UHGV virus genome: UHGV-0038495
Strand: one strand, 5' to 3'
Source: a virus
Length of the DNA stretch: 64,000 nt
Below, piece by piece: positions 1-9,259 of this stretch (positions within the stretch are counted from its first letter, which is position 1; each line of letters starts with the position of its first letter). The notes under the pieces were generated by a model. That model was not told the origin of the DNA. It saw only the letters and a program-made list of their open reading frames with translations, and searched no databases. Both the position numbers and the translations under genes were made by a program.

Positions 1-93
1 GTTATACAACCATAGTCTACTAGCTCTTGTGTCTTCAAGTCTTTCAGCGCCCATCCGCTGGACTGTGTAGATAAATCAAGAGCAAGCAATAAT

Positions 94-297
94 TTATTTT
101 GTGCCGGTGCTTCCATGTCCGCCGACGCGAGCTTCATTCTCTGGCTTTACGTTCTCTGGAAGAACATATGGGATAAATAAAGCCTGACCAATGCGGTCGC
201 CCTTCTTTATGAGAATTGGATTAGGGGTCATATTTATGAGCTGGATAAAAATCTCACCCTCGTTCTCAGAATTATTATAGTAGTCCCGATCTATAAT
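94..297 (-). CDS. dut: dUTPase, exon 2 (C-terminal half with motifs III-V)
   Basis: Translation gives IIDRDYY (motif III GxIDxDYRG), RIGQALF (motif IV) and RVGGHGSTG (motif V). Motifs I and II are absent here but present in the ORF at 1784..2110. The reading frame stays open upstream of the listed ATG. Confidence 0.6.
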   Translation of the reverse strand: MIDRDYYNNSENEGEIFIQLINMTPNPILIKKGDRIGQALFIPYVLPENVKPENEARVGGHGSTGTK

Positions 298-1783
298 CAT
301 TTTGTTATCGTAAAAGCTTTTTATCTTTTACTTCTTATAGTTTCCTATAAGTTCGGCGTAACTTTTCATAATTAATATAATTATGTTGCGGCCTCGTGGT
401 AGGATTATATCTTTTCACCTACTACGCTCTGCCCCTGACTAAACTTAGTTTAGCCTTCGGTTCGGATTAGCATATTTATTATAACTTAGCTTTCCCGCTT
501 AATTCCGCAATTTAACCTCGGCATTATGCCTTTCTAAAAGTTGTTTTTTCGAGCAATAAATCAGATAAAGTAATTTTATTCAAATGACTATAAGGAATTC
601 TAATTAAAGGAATGTGGTTATCTTTACACCATTGATTTTTAATATTGTCTCGAATAGGTATTAAATCAGAATAATATTTTGAACTTTTATCAAAATGTTG
701 ATTGCCATCAAATTCAATCAAATATTTATTATCAACATAAAAATCAAATGGTAAAACAAGGATATGTTTACATGTTTCAAATACTTTTTCTCTTTCAAAA
801 GGAATATTATTTTCTTTTAAGATTTGTTCTATCTTTTCTTCTCCTCTTGATTTTCGTTTTTCACATCCACAATTAATGCTACGACCATTTCTTAATGAAG
901 GGCTAGATACTTCTCGAATATTACCACATTTGCATTGACATTTCCAATAAATATTTCCATTATAATCTCTTCTATCAGTTTTTTCTAAAACCGTCCAATC
1001 TCCAAACTTCTTTCCAGTTAAAGGTATTTCTGTAGTATGCTTTTGTATTTTTTCTTTACCGCTCAATCCGGCATCAAGCCAAAGCTTGGTAATCATACCT
1101 CTACTTACTTTAAATTTTTCAGCTAATTCATTTGATGTATGGGTATTATACATTTTACAAATTTCTTCTTTATCTTGTGGAGATAACTTATAATCTTTAC
1201 AGCTTTCTACATCGTACCCTATTTTTTTAGCATAATTTAGGACTGCTGTGGCACTACAGTTATATTTTTCACCCATTTTTTTCGCGTTTTTTAATTCATT
1301 ATAAGATTCAATAAATTCCTCTTTTGAAATTTTTGCTATTTTAGCATTTTTTTCAAAAGAACTTTCAATTAAATAATTATTCTTTTTTAAAAAGTTTCTT
1401 ACTGCCGTACCACTACATCCATATTTCTCTGCAACTTTTTTTAAAGTTCCTAACTGCTCATAATCAGCAATTATTTCTTTTAATTTCTCTTGTGGAAGTT
1501 TTATCTCTTTATGATTAGAATTATCATAACCAATTTTTTTTGCATGAGTTAATACAGTTTTTTTAGAACAACCGTAATAATCTGCTACTTTTTGAGCACT
1601 TTTAAGCTCATTATACTTTTGAATAAAAATTTCATCTGAACCAAAATCAAATGCTTTCATATTTTTTCTCCTTTATTGATTTAATTTTAAAATATAAATA
1701 TTTCTATTATATATAAAAAATATTAATAGCACTTGATAATAATTTGCCCAAACTTTTTAAACTTAGGAGAAAAATCTTCGTCT
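298..1783 (-). mobile_element. Putative group I intron carrying a homing-endonuclease ORF, inserted in dut
   Basis: The two dUTPase halves are separated by 1.49 kb. The upstream exon ends in ...GGT (U before the splice site). The insert ends in ...AAAATG, so G is its last base (omega-G). GC-rich stem-like segments occur at 360-470 in an otherwise AT-rich context. An internal ORF has its own AAAGGAG ribosome-binding site. Confidence 0.5.
524..1660 (-). CDS. Homing-endonuclease-like protein inside the dut intron
   Basis: Four repeated helix-turn-helix modules (VADYYGCSKKTVLTHAKKIGY, VAEKYGCSGTAVRNFLKKNNY, MGEKYNCSATAVLNYAKKIGY, LAEKFKVSRGMITKLW). A Cys cluster (CQCKCG...CGCE). A C-terminal YLIEFDGNQH motif typical of Vsr/DUF559-type PD-(D/E)xK nucleases. 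An AAAGGAG site lies 8 nt upstream of the ATG. Confidence 0.55.
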   Translation of the reverse strand: MKAFDFGSDEIFIQKYNELKSAQKVADYYGCSKKTVLTHAKKIGYDNSNHKEIKLPQEKLKEIIADYEQLGTLKKVAEKYGCSGTAVRNFLKKNNYLIESSFEKNAKIAKISKEEFIESYNELKNAKKMGEKYNCSATAVLNYAKKIGYDVESCKDYKLSPQDKEEICKMYNTHTSNELAEKFKVSRGMITKLWLDAGLSGKEKIQKHTTEIPLTGKKFGDWTVLEKTDRRDYNGNIYWKCQCKCGNIREVSSPSLRNGRSINCGCEKRKSRGEEKIEQILKENNIPFEREKVFETCKHILVLPFDFYVDNKYLIEFDGNQHFDKSSKYYSDLIPIRDNIKNQWCKDNHIPLIRIPYSHLNKITLSDLLLEKTTFRKA

Positions 1784-2110
1784 ACCGAGGGTATTTCCTA
1801 TAAAGAGCCACTGCTTGAGCGGCATTGAGCTTCTTGGGGTAATAGCCAGATAATATCCTTCATCAAGATGGACCTTTAAACCTGTTGAAACCATGGTAAG
1901 TCTACCATCGATTTCTTTAATATTCTTTTCATTTTCTTCGAGTGTATTTGCATCACCCTTTGGATACTGTCCATACTTAGACATAAAAGGTGGAATTATT
2001 GTATCTTTTACTGCGCGCAGGTCAAGTCCCGCAGAACCGGGAGTAGCAGGTTGGGGAAGTGGCAGTCCGCAATCTTTATATTTACTTACAAATTCAAAAT
2101 AATTAGCCAT
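1784..2110 (-). CDS. dut: dUTPase, exon 1 (N-terminal half with motifs I-II)
   Basis: GSAGLDLRA (motif I AGxDL) and ITPRSSM (motif II). The listed ORF reads through into the intron (GRRRFFS*). The predicted splice is after ...GNTLG, which gives ...ANTLG-IIDRDYY, colinear with E. coli Dut NSVGLIDSDY. Confidence 0.6.
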
Positions 2111-2124
2111 TTTAATTCTCCTCT

Positions 2125-2340
2125 CTAATCCCAGAATGTGTCATAGTCTTTAGCTATTTTTACAAGGTAGCCAGAGTCTATGACTTCTCCTTTAGACTTC
2201 TTCTCCTTAAAGGTAGTCCCATAGGACTTTAAGGTGTAACCGCCTTTATTTGCTTCTTCTTTACACTCTTCAATAAAACGAGTTGCTTCTTCTTCTGTAT
2301 CAAGTCTATACTGTTCTACTACGCTAATTAATTTTTTCAT
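2125..2340 (-). CDS. hypothetical small protein
   Basis: ORF tightly packed on the coding strand. No recognisable motif. Confidence 0.35.
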   Translation of the reverse strand: MKKLISVVEQYRLDTEEEATRFIEECKEEANKGGYTLKSYGTTFKEKKSKGEVIDSGYLVKIAKDYDTFWD

Positions 2341-3197
2341 TATTCATTCTCCTTTTGTATTTTATCATCTATATTTTTATATTCCTGCTGCCACCAATCG
2401 GGATGCGCTAATGCTGTGGCGTACGATATGCCGAATGTTTCTAAGAATATTTCATTGATTTTCTGCTCATTTGTTTTTATTGGATGCTCTACAAACCACT
2501 TTTTTAAGATTAATTCAGCTTTTTCAGGATAATTTCTTAAAAAATCCTGGCACGGTATTTGTGTGCCATTGTTATCTGAAGTTAAGGGACAATTTATACA
2601 TTCCGCTGTATTATTACATATTTTTTTATATATTTTTATAGCCTCTTGATAACCTAATGGCTTATCATCTGCTTTTATTTCCACTACTTTCTCCTGTTCT
2701 TTCTTTGGTGGTTCAGTGCTTCTGTAGTCTGACCATTCAAGTATTTGGTCTCCTCTTGCCTTAGACCACTCGATATTCACATATGTACCTCTGTTAAAAC
2801 AATAGCACGTTCGTTCATTATAGACATCAAAACAATTCCATATCGGACTATATGGTGTGCCGCCTTTCCATTTCAATCCTGCTTTATGCATTTCATTGCA
2901 GAAGTCCTCAGCTTCCTCTACAGTTTTACAATGCATAGAAACTTCTTTACCTTTCCAAGCATCAAAGTCAAACGGTGTTTCTGATGCAAGACCGGCGATC
3001 ATGTTGTCATACCAATACCATGCACCTCTATCTTCCACCATTTCGTAATAAAGAGATGTTTCAGAAATAAACGCTCTGTGATGAATATCTTTTATAGTTA
3101 TAACCGTGCCCAAATATTTGTCCATTTTTCCATTAGAATCCATGTCTGTTGTTCTATAAGACACTATCCTTACTCTATCGCCCTTTTTATACTTCAT
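2340..3197 (-). CDS. hypothetical protein
   Basis: 285-aa ORF on the coding strand. Cys-containing C-terminal part (CINCPLT...PCQDF). No family recognised. Confidence 0.45.
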   Translation of the reverse strand: MKYKKGDRVRIVSYRTTDMDSNGKMDKYLGTVITIKDIHHRAFISETSLYYEMVEDRGAWYWYDNMIAGLASETPFDFDAWKGKEVSMHCKTVEEAEDFCNEMHKAGLKWKGGTPYSPIWNCFDVYNERTCYCFNRGTYVNIEWSKARGDQILEWSDYRSTEPPKKEQEKVVEIKADDKPLGYQEAIKIYKKICNNTAECINCPLTSDNNGTQIPCQDFLRNYPEKAELILKKWFVEHPIKTNEQKINEIFLETFGISYATALAHPDWWQQEYKNIDDKIQKENE

Positions 3198-3477
3198 TCT
3201 TATTTATCTCCTGTTTCAGTGTTTTCTTATAATTATCTACTGTTTTTCTGTATGTTTCTAATTTCCAAACTTCTGATTTAATATCATCAAGACATTTATT
3301 ATATAATTCTTCCTCAACGAATTTCTGCCTACTAACAATATTTGCGGTTGAAGATATTACCCATCCACATGGAAAAGTAGCTATAATTGTTATTGCTTTA
3401 TTGTTGGGTGTTGTATATACATCTTTTTTAGCTTTATCAACTAATGAGTCTATATATTCGCTTGTTAATTTCGTCAT
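3187..3477 (-). CDS. hypothetical protein
   Basis: ORF on the coding strand. Confidence 0.35.
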   Translation of the reverse strand: MTKLTSEYIDSLVDKAKKDVYTTPNNKAITIIATFPCGWVISSTANIVSRQKFVEEELYNKCLDDIKSEVWKLETYRKTVDNYKKTLKQEINKNEV

Positions 3478-3501
3478 TTTATTTTAATACTCTTTTCATA
3501 A

Positions 3502-3777
3502 TTATATTATATTTATTAATAACTGATTATAACCATTTCTAATCTTTTCTTCTTTTGCAATTTTTTCTCTTAAACCTTCACAATAAGCTTTGTTACCAAC
3601 TAAAGTAACAACATCACTATTATACTTCTTTGCAAAAGAAAGAGTAACATCTGGCAAATTATCTAATTCAAATGAACCAATTTTTCCTGCAAATCCATTA
3701 TCATTTAGTGTATATAAATCAAAAACATTTTTATCAAACATTTTAACATCAATCATTATTTTCATTCTGTATTTCAC
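3502..3777 (-). CDS. hypothetical protein
   Basis: ORF on the coding strand. Confidence 0.35.
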   Translation of the reverse strand: MKYRMKIMIDVKMFDKNVFDLYTLNDNGFAGKIGSFELDNLPDVTLSFAKKYNSDVVTLVGNKAYCEGLREKIAKEEKIRNGYNQLLINII

Positions 3778-4162
3778 CTACCTTTACAATACCTTTGTCA
3801 TAAGGTATTAATACTATACATTCCGCGCCGCGCTCTGAGCTTTGCTTAACCCAAATTTCAACGCTTTGTTTATTATCAGATATTTGAACATCTAATATTT
3901 CTCCAAGATTTGAAGAACAATCTATTACTTCTGCGCCAAATGAAACAGATAAATTAATTTTAGTATCATTTGGCTTTGTGTCATAAACTGTAAAATATCT
4001 AAGATTATGACATAATGCAATATAATAACGATTTTTATGATTATTATGAAAATCATTAATTATAAATTTAGCCTTATTAATACCCGCCCATTTTAATGGT
4101 GGATAGTTTTTTACAAGACTAGCATTAAAATCATACATGCTGTAACCAGATTTAATGTCCAT
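3749..4162 (-). CDS. hypothetical protein
   Basis: ORF on the coding strand. Confidence 0.35.
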   Translation of the reverse strand: MDIKSGYSMYDFNASLVKNYPPLKWAGINKAKFIINDFHNNHKNRYYIALCHNLRYFTVYDTKPNDTKINLSVSFGAEVIDCSSNLGEILDVQISDNKQSVEIWVKQSSERGAECIVLIPYDKGIVKVGEIQNENND

Positions 4163-4238
4163 TAAATTCTCCTTTATTATTTTTGTTAATTTATTATATC
4201 ATATTTTTTATATTATTAATAATTAATGCTTATGGTTT

Positions 4239-4799
4239 TTATTTTCTTTTTATATTTATTGTAGTTATCTTATCCTTTGCAAAAGCTATTGCAAGTTTAT
4301 ATTCCTTTTCATATTTTGTTCCTTTATGAGTTTCTTCAACAGCTTTTTCAAACTTATCTATATTACCATGAAAACAACCGCAAGATACATATATATTTCC
4401 ACCTCTACCTAAAAAGAATGTTGTAAAATCATCTCTGCTACCTATTGGGCCTACTGTAAACCAGTTCTTTTTGTCACTAATCATTGCATTATTCCCAATC
4501 TCTGCATTGCCGCGAACCCATGCATTATCACAAACTATTGTATTGCCATAAATTTGCGCGTTACCTCCAACTATCGCATTATCACGAATTTTCGCGTTAC
4601 TGTAGACTTTAGCATTATTATATACCCATGCATTACCTCCATGGCTTAAATTATTTTCACTTCCAATATACCCACCTAGTTCACCTGTTTTTACACCATT
4701 GAAATCTTTTAAAGCTTCTATTCTATATAATTTTCTTCCACAGATTGTTTTATAATCTTCAGAGATTAATCTATATTTTTTTATATCTGTATTCATCAT
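4239..4799 (-). CDS. Hexapeptide-repeat (left-handed beta-helix type) protein, short paralog
   Basis: About 8 tandem N-A-x-[IV]-x-x hexapeptides (NAKVYS NAKIRD NAIVGG NAQIYG NTIVCD NAWVRG NAEIGN NAMISD). Conserved N-terminus LYRIxALKDF...TGELGGYI.SE.NLSH.GNAWV. Conserved C-terminus VGPIGSR..TTF..GG.I.VSCGCF.G....FE. Paralog of 43740..44588. Confidence 0.55.
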   Translation of the reverse strand: MMNTDIKKYRLISEDYKTICGRKLYRIEALKDFNGVKTGELGGYIGSENNLSHGGNAWVYNNAKVYSNAKIRDNAIVGGNAQIYGNTIVCDNAWVRGNAEIGNNAMISDKKNWFTVGPIGSRDDFTTFFLGRGGNIYVSCGCFHGNIDKFEKAVEETHKGTKYEKEYKLAIAFAKDKITTINIKRK

Positions 4800-4809
4800 T
4801 ATATCTCCT

Positions 4810-5352
4810 TTAAATTTTACAATAAAATTCTTTATTGTATATTATCATATTATCATATCTTTCAGTATTATCATTATATTCTCCGTCTATTAATTCATAT
4901 ATTCTCTGATTTTTACTGCCGCGCATGGCAATTTCATAGGATTTCTGAGATTCAATAAACGGTCCATCTATTATCATATTCACTTTTAATTTTTTTAAGT
5001 TTTCTATTAATTTCTTTGGGAGTTCTTTAAAGAGATAACCCGTCCAAATCCTAATAATTATATCTGGATAGTGTTTTCTTACTTCCTTTACAATAGAAAG
5101 AACAGGTGCACAATTTGCTGGGGTTAGTGGCTCGCCGCCAAGTATATTAAAGTTACGTACTATATTATTCTTTGCTATTGCTTCTATAATTTCATTTAAT
5201 GTTTCTTCTGTAAATAACTTGCCATAGAGATAATCCCACGTCTCTGGGTTAAAACATCCGGTACAATGGTGTGGGCATCCAGATACGAAGAGGGAAACCG
5301 AAATTCCCTCTCCATTGGCTATATCATTATACTTTATATTAGCGTAATTCAT
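4810..5352 (-). CDS. nrdG: Anaerobic ribonucleotide reductase activating protein (radical SAM)
   Basis: N-terminal GCPHHCTGCFN Cys cluster. Size 180 aa. Lies immediately downstream of nrdD. Confidence 0.8.
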   Translation of the reverse strand: MNYANIKYNDIANGEGISVSLFVSGCPHHCTGCFNPETWDYLYGKLFTEETLNEIIEAIAKNNIVRNFNILGGEPLTPANCAPVLSIVKEVRKHYPDIIIRIWTGYLFKELPKKLIENLKKLKVNMIIDGPFIESQKSYEIAMRGSKNQRIYELIDGEYNDNTERYDNMIIYNKEFYCKI

Positions 5353-7467
5353 TTAATCTCCTAAATGAGTGACTCTGTCGTGAATATCTGCCGCACGACC
5401 CTCGTTAAACGGGTTTGTACTTATATATCCGCAGATTCGGAGCGCGACATTCATTTTATTATAATCATCATTACCACACTGTGGACAATGAAACTTTAAA
5501 TCATCGCCCATATAAATATCAGTACAACCACACTTATGGCAATAACTTGTCATTGTATTTATTTCAGCATACATAATATTTTCATATATATACTTAATAA
5601 CTTCTAATATTGCCGGAATATTTTTTGTCATATTTGGAGTTTCAATATAAGAAATCGCGCCACCCGGACTAAGTTCCTGAAACTCGCTTTCGATCTTTAA
5701 TTTAGAAAAAGCATCTATAGGCTGTGCCGGCGTAATATGATAACTATTAGTCACATAATCTTTATCGGTTATTCCTTTAATAATGCCAAATCTTTTCTTC
5801 AATGCTTTTGCAAACTTATAAGTTGTACTTTCTATTGGAGAACCATAAACTGAAAATCCTATAGTAGTTTCTTCTCTCCATTTAGCACAAGCATCATTTA
5901 AAGCTTGCATGACAGATAAACCGAATTCTTTACCATAATCTTCAAGCTGACTTTCTCCTGTCATATATTTAATACATTCAAATAAACCTGCATATCCAAG
6001 TGAAATTGTAGAATAATTATTATATAAAAGTTTATCTATCTTTTCGCCCGGAGCTAATCTCGCATATGCGCCATGTTGCCAGAGTATAGGAGCTACATCT
6101 GAGACAGTACCCTTTAAACTATTATGTCTTGTCATTAAAGCTCTATAACATAATTCAAGCCTCTCATCAAGAATCTTCCAAAACTTTTCCATGTTTCCAC
6201 CAGAGCTTAAAGCTACATCTGGAAGATTAATGGTAACTACACCTTGATTAAATCGACCCCAATACTTATGCCCTTCTGGGTCTGGGGTTAGGAACGACCT
6301 ACAGCCCATACAACCGTAAACGTCGCCCTTAAGTTCTCGCATCTTCTTCGCAGATATATAATCTGGCACTAAGCGCTTTGCGCTACATTCCGCAGCTAAT
6401 TTTGTAAGATACCAATATTTAGTTCCTTTTTTTATATTATTATCATCAAGACAATAAAGCAACTTAGGAAAAGCTATTGTTATAGGCGCACCTTTTTCAT
6501 TTGGAACTCCTTCAATTCTTTGTTTAAGAATTTCTTCAATTAAAGTTGCTAAATCTTTTTTAGTAACTTCATCTTCAACCTCATTAATCCACATAAAAAC
6601 CGAAGTAAAAGGTGCTTGACCATTGGTTGTACTCATTGTAATAAGCTGATACTGAATAGTTTGAACGCCATCTCTAATCTCTTCTCTTACTAAGGATTCT
6701 ATTTGTTCTGTTGTAAAATCTGGATGCTTTCTTTTTATTTCCTGTCTAGATACGTCTATAAAAGGAGCTAGATGTGCGAGCGTGATGGTATTTCCACCGT
6801 ATTGTGAGCTAGCTACTTGAGTAATAATTTGAGTTGCAATAGTACAAGCAGTTCTAAATGAATGAGGTTTATGTATCTGTACTCCAGAAATAACTGTACC
6901 ATTCTGAAGCATATCCTCAAGATTTATCAAACAACAGTTCGACATAGGCATAACGGGAGAATAGTCAGTGTCGTGGTAATGTATAATACCTGCTTCATGC
7001 GCTTCTATAATGTCTTTGGGAAGAATAACTTTTTCTGCTAATTCTCTACAAGTAAATCCTGCAATATAATCTCTCATGGTAGGAATAATTCTTGTATCTT
7101 TATTACTATTTTCTTTATTACTTTCTTCATCCTGTCCGGTAATTAATTTATGTAAGCGCTGATAACGATTTTCTAAATCACTATTCGTGGCTCTATCCTG
7201 TTCTCTTTTATATCTATATCTAATATACGCGCGAGCTACATCAGTTCTTTCAGAATCCATTAAATAAGTTTCAACTAAATTCTGTATCTCTTCGATAGAA
7301 AGAGAATCTACTGAACGCGCAATCTTTTCTATGTCATCAGCAATATCCATTGCTGTTTCATTCTCATATAATTTGCCATCAACTTCTATAAAAGCTTTAT
7401 TAATAGCTTTTATAATTTTGTTTTTATCAAAATCAACCTTACTACCATTTCTTTTAATAACTTTCAT
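5353..7467 (-). CDS. nrdD: Anaerobic ribonucleoside-triphosphate reductase (class III)
   Basis: 704 aa. C-terminal zinc ribbon (CHKCGC...CPQCG) followed by the glycyl-radical motif ALRICGYISTNPFNEGRAADIHDR. Confidence 0.9.
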   Translation of the reverse strand: MKVIKRNGSKVDFDKNKIIKAINKAFIEVDGKLYENETAMDIADDIEKIARSVDSLSIEEIQNLVETYLMDSERTDVARAYIRYRYKREQDRATNSDLENRYQRLHKLITGQDEESNKENSNKDTRIIPTMRDYIAGFTCRELAEKVILPKDIIEAHEAGIIHYHDTDYSPVMPMSNCCLINLEDMLQNGTVISGVQIHKPHSFRTACTIATQIITQVASSQYGGNTITLAHLAPFIDVSRQEIKRKHPDFTTEQIESLVREEIRDGVQTIQYQLITMSTTNGQAPFTSVFMWINEVEDEVTKKDLATLIEEILKQRIEGVPNEKGAPITIAFPKLLYCLDDNNIKKGTKYWYLTKLAAECSAKRLVPDYISAKKMRELKGDVYGCMGCRSFLTPDPEGHKYWGRFNQGVVTINLPDVALSSGGNMEKFWKILDERLELCYRALMTRHNSLKGTVSDVAPILWQHGAYARLAPGEKIDKLLYNNYSTISLGYAGLFECIKYMTGESQLEDYGKEFGLSVMQALNDACAKWREETTIGFSVYGSPIESTTYKFAKALKKRFGIIKGITDKDYVTNSYHITPAQPIDAFSKLKIESEFQELSPGGAISYIETPNMTKNIPAILEVIKYIYENIMYAEINTMTSYCHKCGCTDIYMGDDLKFHCPQCGNDDYNKMNVALRICGYISTNPFNEGRAADIHDRVTHLGD

Positions 7468-7478
7468 TAAAATACCTC

Positions 7479-8309
7479 CTAATCAAGTAAGTCTGCCATT
7501 GCCGCAGTTTCACTTCTCTCTGTTTTAAGAAGTTTTACATATCCAAAACGTGGATGTCCTTTAAGCCTATCAATCGCAGTCATAAGACCATTATTGCGCT
7601 CGAATATGGCTAAATCGGTCTGCTTAAAGTCTCCATTAATCCAGAGGTTGGAACCTTCACCTACGCGCCCTATGAGAAGCTGAATATGCTCTTTCGTCAA
7701 GTTCTCTGCTTCAGAACAAAGAATAATAGAATTCTTAATATCTCTACCTCTTATAAAGCCTAAATGAACTACTTCAACAACTCCCTTTTCTATCATATAA
7801 CTAAGTCCATCAACTCCACCTACATGGTCAGCAAGACACATCGCAAAAGGCAGAAGTTTTTCATTTGATGAACCCGGTAAATGACCTATCGGTTTAGAGT
7901 TTTTAACCTCTATATTATTTCTAACATAAACAAGTTTATCAAAATAACCTTTTTCAATTAAATCTATAGCGGCTGAACTCATTAATAAATCTTTGCCAGT
8001 ACCAAATTTACCAGTCAGAATTTTAATAGTTGTATCTGTATCATACAACATATCAATTCCTAATTTTTGCTGAATATTGCGCGGTTTGATTTTTCCCGCG
8101 AACTTAGATTCAATCGCCTTATACGGGACCTGTGCGAGCCGCCCATCTTTGCACTTAAATAAATCAATGACCTCTTCTTTTTCGTCTCTTGCGATTAAAT
8201 ATTCATTCTCAAGACAACCAAAAGTTTCATTACTTTTTGGGTCATAAAGTGCATTAATGTCATTAGGATTAGTTAAAACTATATCTTTAAAGCCTGTATA
8301 TTCAGTCAT
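7479..8309 (-). CDS. phoH: PhoH-like ATPase
   Basis: Walker A GKFGTGKD. PhoH signature ...RGRDIKNSIILCSEAENLT...LLIGRVGEGSNLWINGDFKQTDL. Confidence 0.7.
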   Translation of the reverse strand: MTEYTGFKDIVLTNPNDINALYDPKSNETFGCLENEYLIARDEKEEVIDLFKCKDGRLAQVPYKAIESKFAGKIKPRNIQQKLGIDMLYDTDTTIKILTGKFGTGKDLLMSSAAIDLIEKGYFDKLVYVRNNIEVKNSKPIGHLPGSSNEKLLPFAMCLADHVGGVDGLSYMIEKGVVEVVHLGFIRGRDIKNSIILCSEAENLTKEHIQLLIGRVGEGSNLWINGDFKQTDLAIFERNNGLMTAIDRLKGHPRFGYVKLLKTERSETAAMADLLD

Positions 8310-8321
8310 TTACAAAACCTC

Positions 8322-8897
8322 TTATATTTCTTTATTATAAAAATTATTAATATAACTACATACTTCACCTACAGCTGATTTCAACTGTGTCTTACTATTA
8401 TTTTTAATTGAATAATAAGGTAAAGCAAGCATATTGTCTTTGTCATATTTTCTTTCGTCATCTATAAAACGACGAATAATTTCATCAACATCGGGGTCTT
8501 TTTCTCTATTTAATGCACGCAATAATCTTTCCTTTGGAGTAGCTTCAACATATATTACAATAGTGAATAAATCAGGATCACTACAAAGCGCCTCGGCAGC
8601 ATTAAAATCACAAGTCATAATATTGATTAAATCATCTTTTAAAACATCTTTACCAGTTCCATAAAACCAGTTATTAAATTCAGCAGCTTCCGCCATCTCA
8701 CAATTCAAAACTTTTTTAGTAAATTCTTCATTATTTATGAAATAATAATCTTTGCCTTCTATTTCATAATCTCTTTTTGGTCTTGTTGTATATCTTACAA
8801 CAGGTGAACAGATGGAAGATTTCTTTAGAACTTTTTGATAAATAGTATCTTTACCACAGGCGCTTGGACCAATAATACATACAAGTTTCTTTTTCAT
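8322..8897 (-). CDS. Guanylate-kinase-like (d)NMP kinase
   Basis: IGPSACGKDT P-loop. TTRPKRDYEIEGKDYYFI..EEF (GMP-binding TTRPPR..E.DG.DY.FV). NWFYGTGK. Confidence 0.65.
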   Translation of the reverse strand: MKKKLVCIIGPSACGKDTIYQKVLKKSSICSPVVRYTTRPKRDYEIEGKDYYFINNEEFTKKVLNCEMAEAAEFNNWFYGTGKDVLKDDLINIMTCDFNAAEALCSDPDLFTIVIYVEATPKERLLRALNREKDPDVDEIIRRFIDDERKYDKDNMLALPYYSIKNNSKTQLKSAVGEVCSYINNFYNKEI

Positions 8898-9259
8898 ATG
8901 AAAATTACCTCATTTGCGCGACTACACATAAATCCCATATATCTAGTAAATTCAGGTGGAAGGATAGTATTTGTGTCGACATAGACCCTATCTAACGTCT
9001 CATACTCCCTTCGGTCTTTAAGCTGCGGCGCGCATATCCATACTTTATTTCCTTTTGCATAACCTAAATAAGGAAAATCTTCTTTTTTGCTATATACTGT
9101 TACATTATTTCTTATAAATAAATCTCTTATTAAATCAAAATTCCTTGAAAAGATTATTGATACCCTTGCGGGCTTAGGTTTGCTACGACCGCCATAAAGT
9201 GACTGATAATAGTTAATACTATCATCTGTCCATAAAGTAGATTGTCTTTGTATCTTCAC
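8894..9259 (-). CDS. hypothetical protein, translationally coupled to dnaE
   Basis: Its start overlaps the DnaE stop codon. No motif recognised. Confidence 0.4.
   Translation of the reverse strand: MKIQRQSTLWTDDSINYYQSLYGGRSKPKPARVSIIFSRNFDLIRDLFIRNNVTVYSKKEDFPYLGYAKGNKVWICAPQLKDRREYETLDRVYVDTNTILPPEFTRYMGFMCSRANEVIFI

Noticed and set aside
1-93. Start of another minus-strand gene (ATG at ~11-13) running off the window start
   Set aside because: Only about 4 codons are inside the window. Cannot be supported.
679-876. Plus-strand ORFs in the six-frame track, for example 679..876, 1893..2102, 9242..9514, 20747..21121, 26107..26412 and 63490..63936
   Set aside because: All lie antisense to long, motif-supported minus-strand genes, are low-complexity (Leu/Phe/Ile/Ser-rich as expected from AT-rich antisense frames), and lack ribosome-binding sites. 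The whole window is transcribed from the minus strand.
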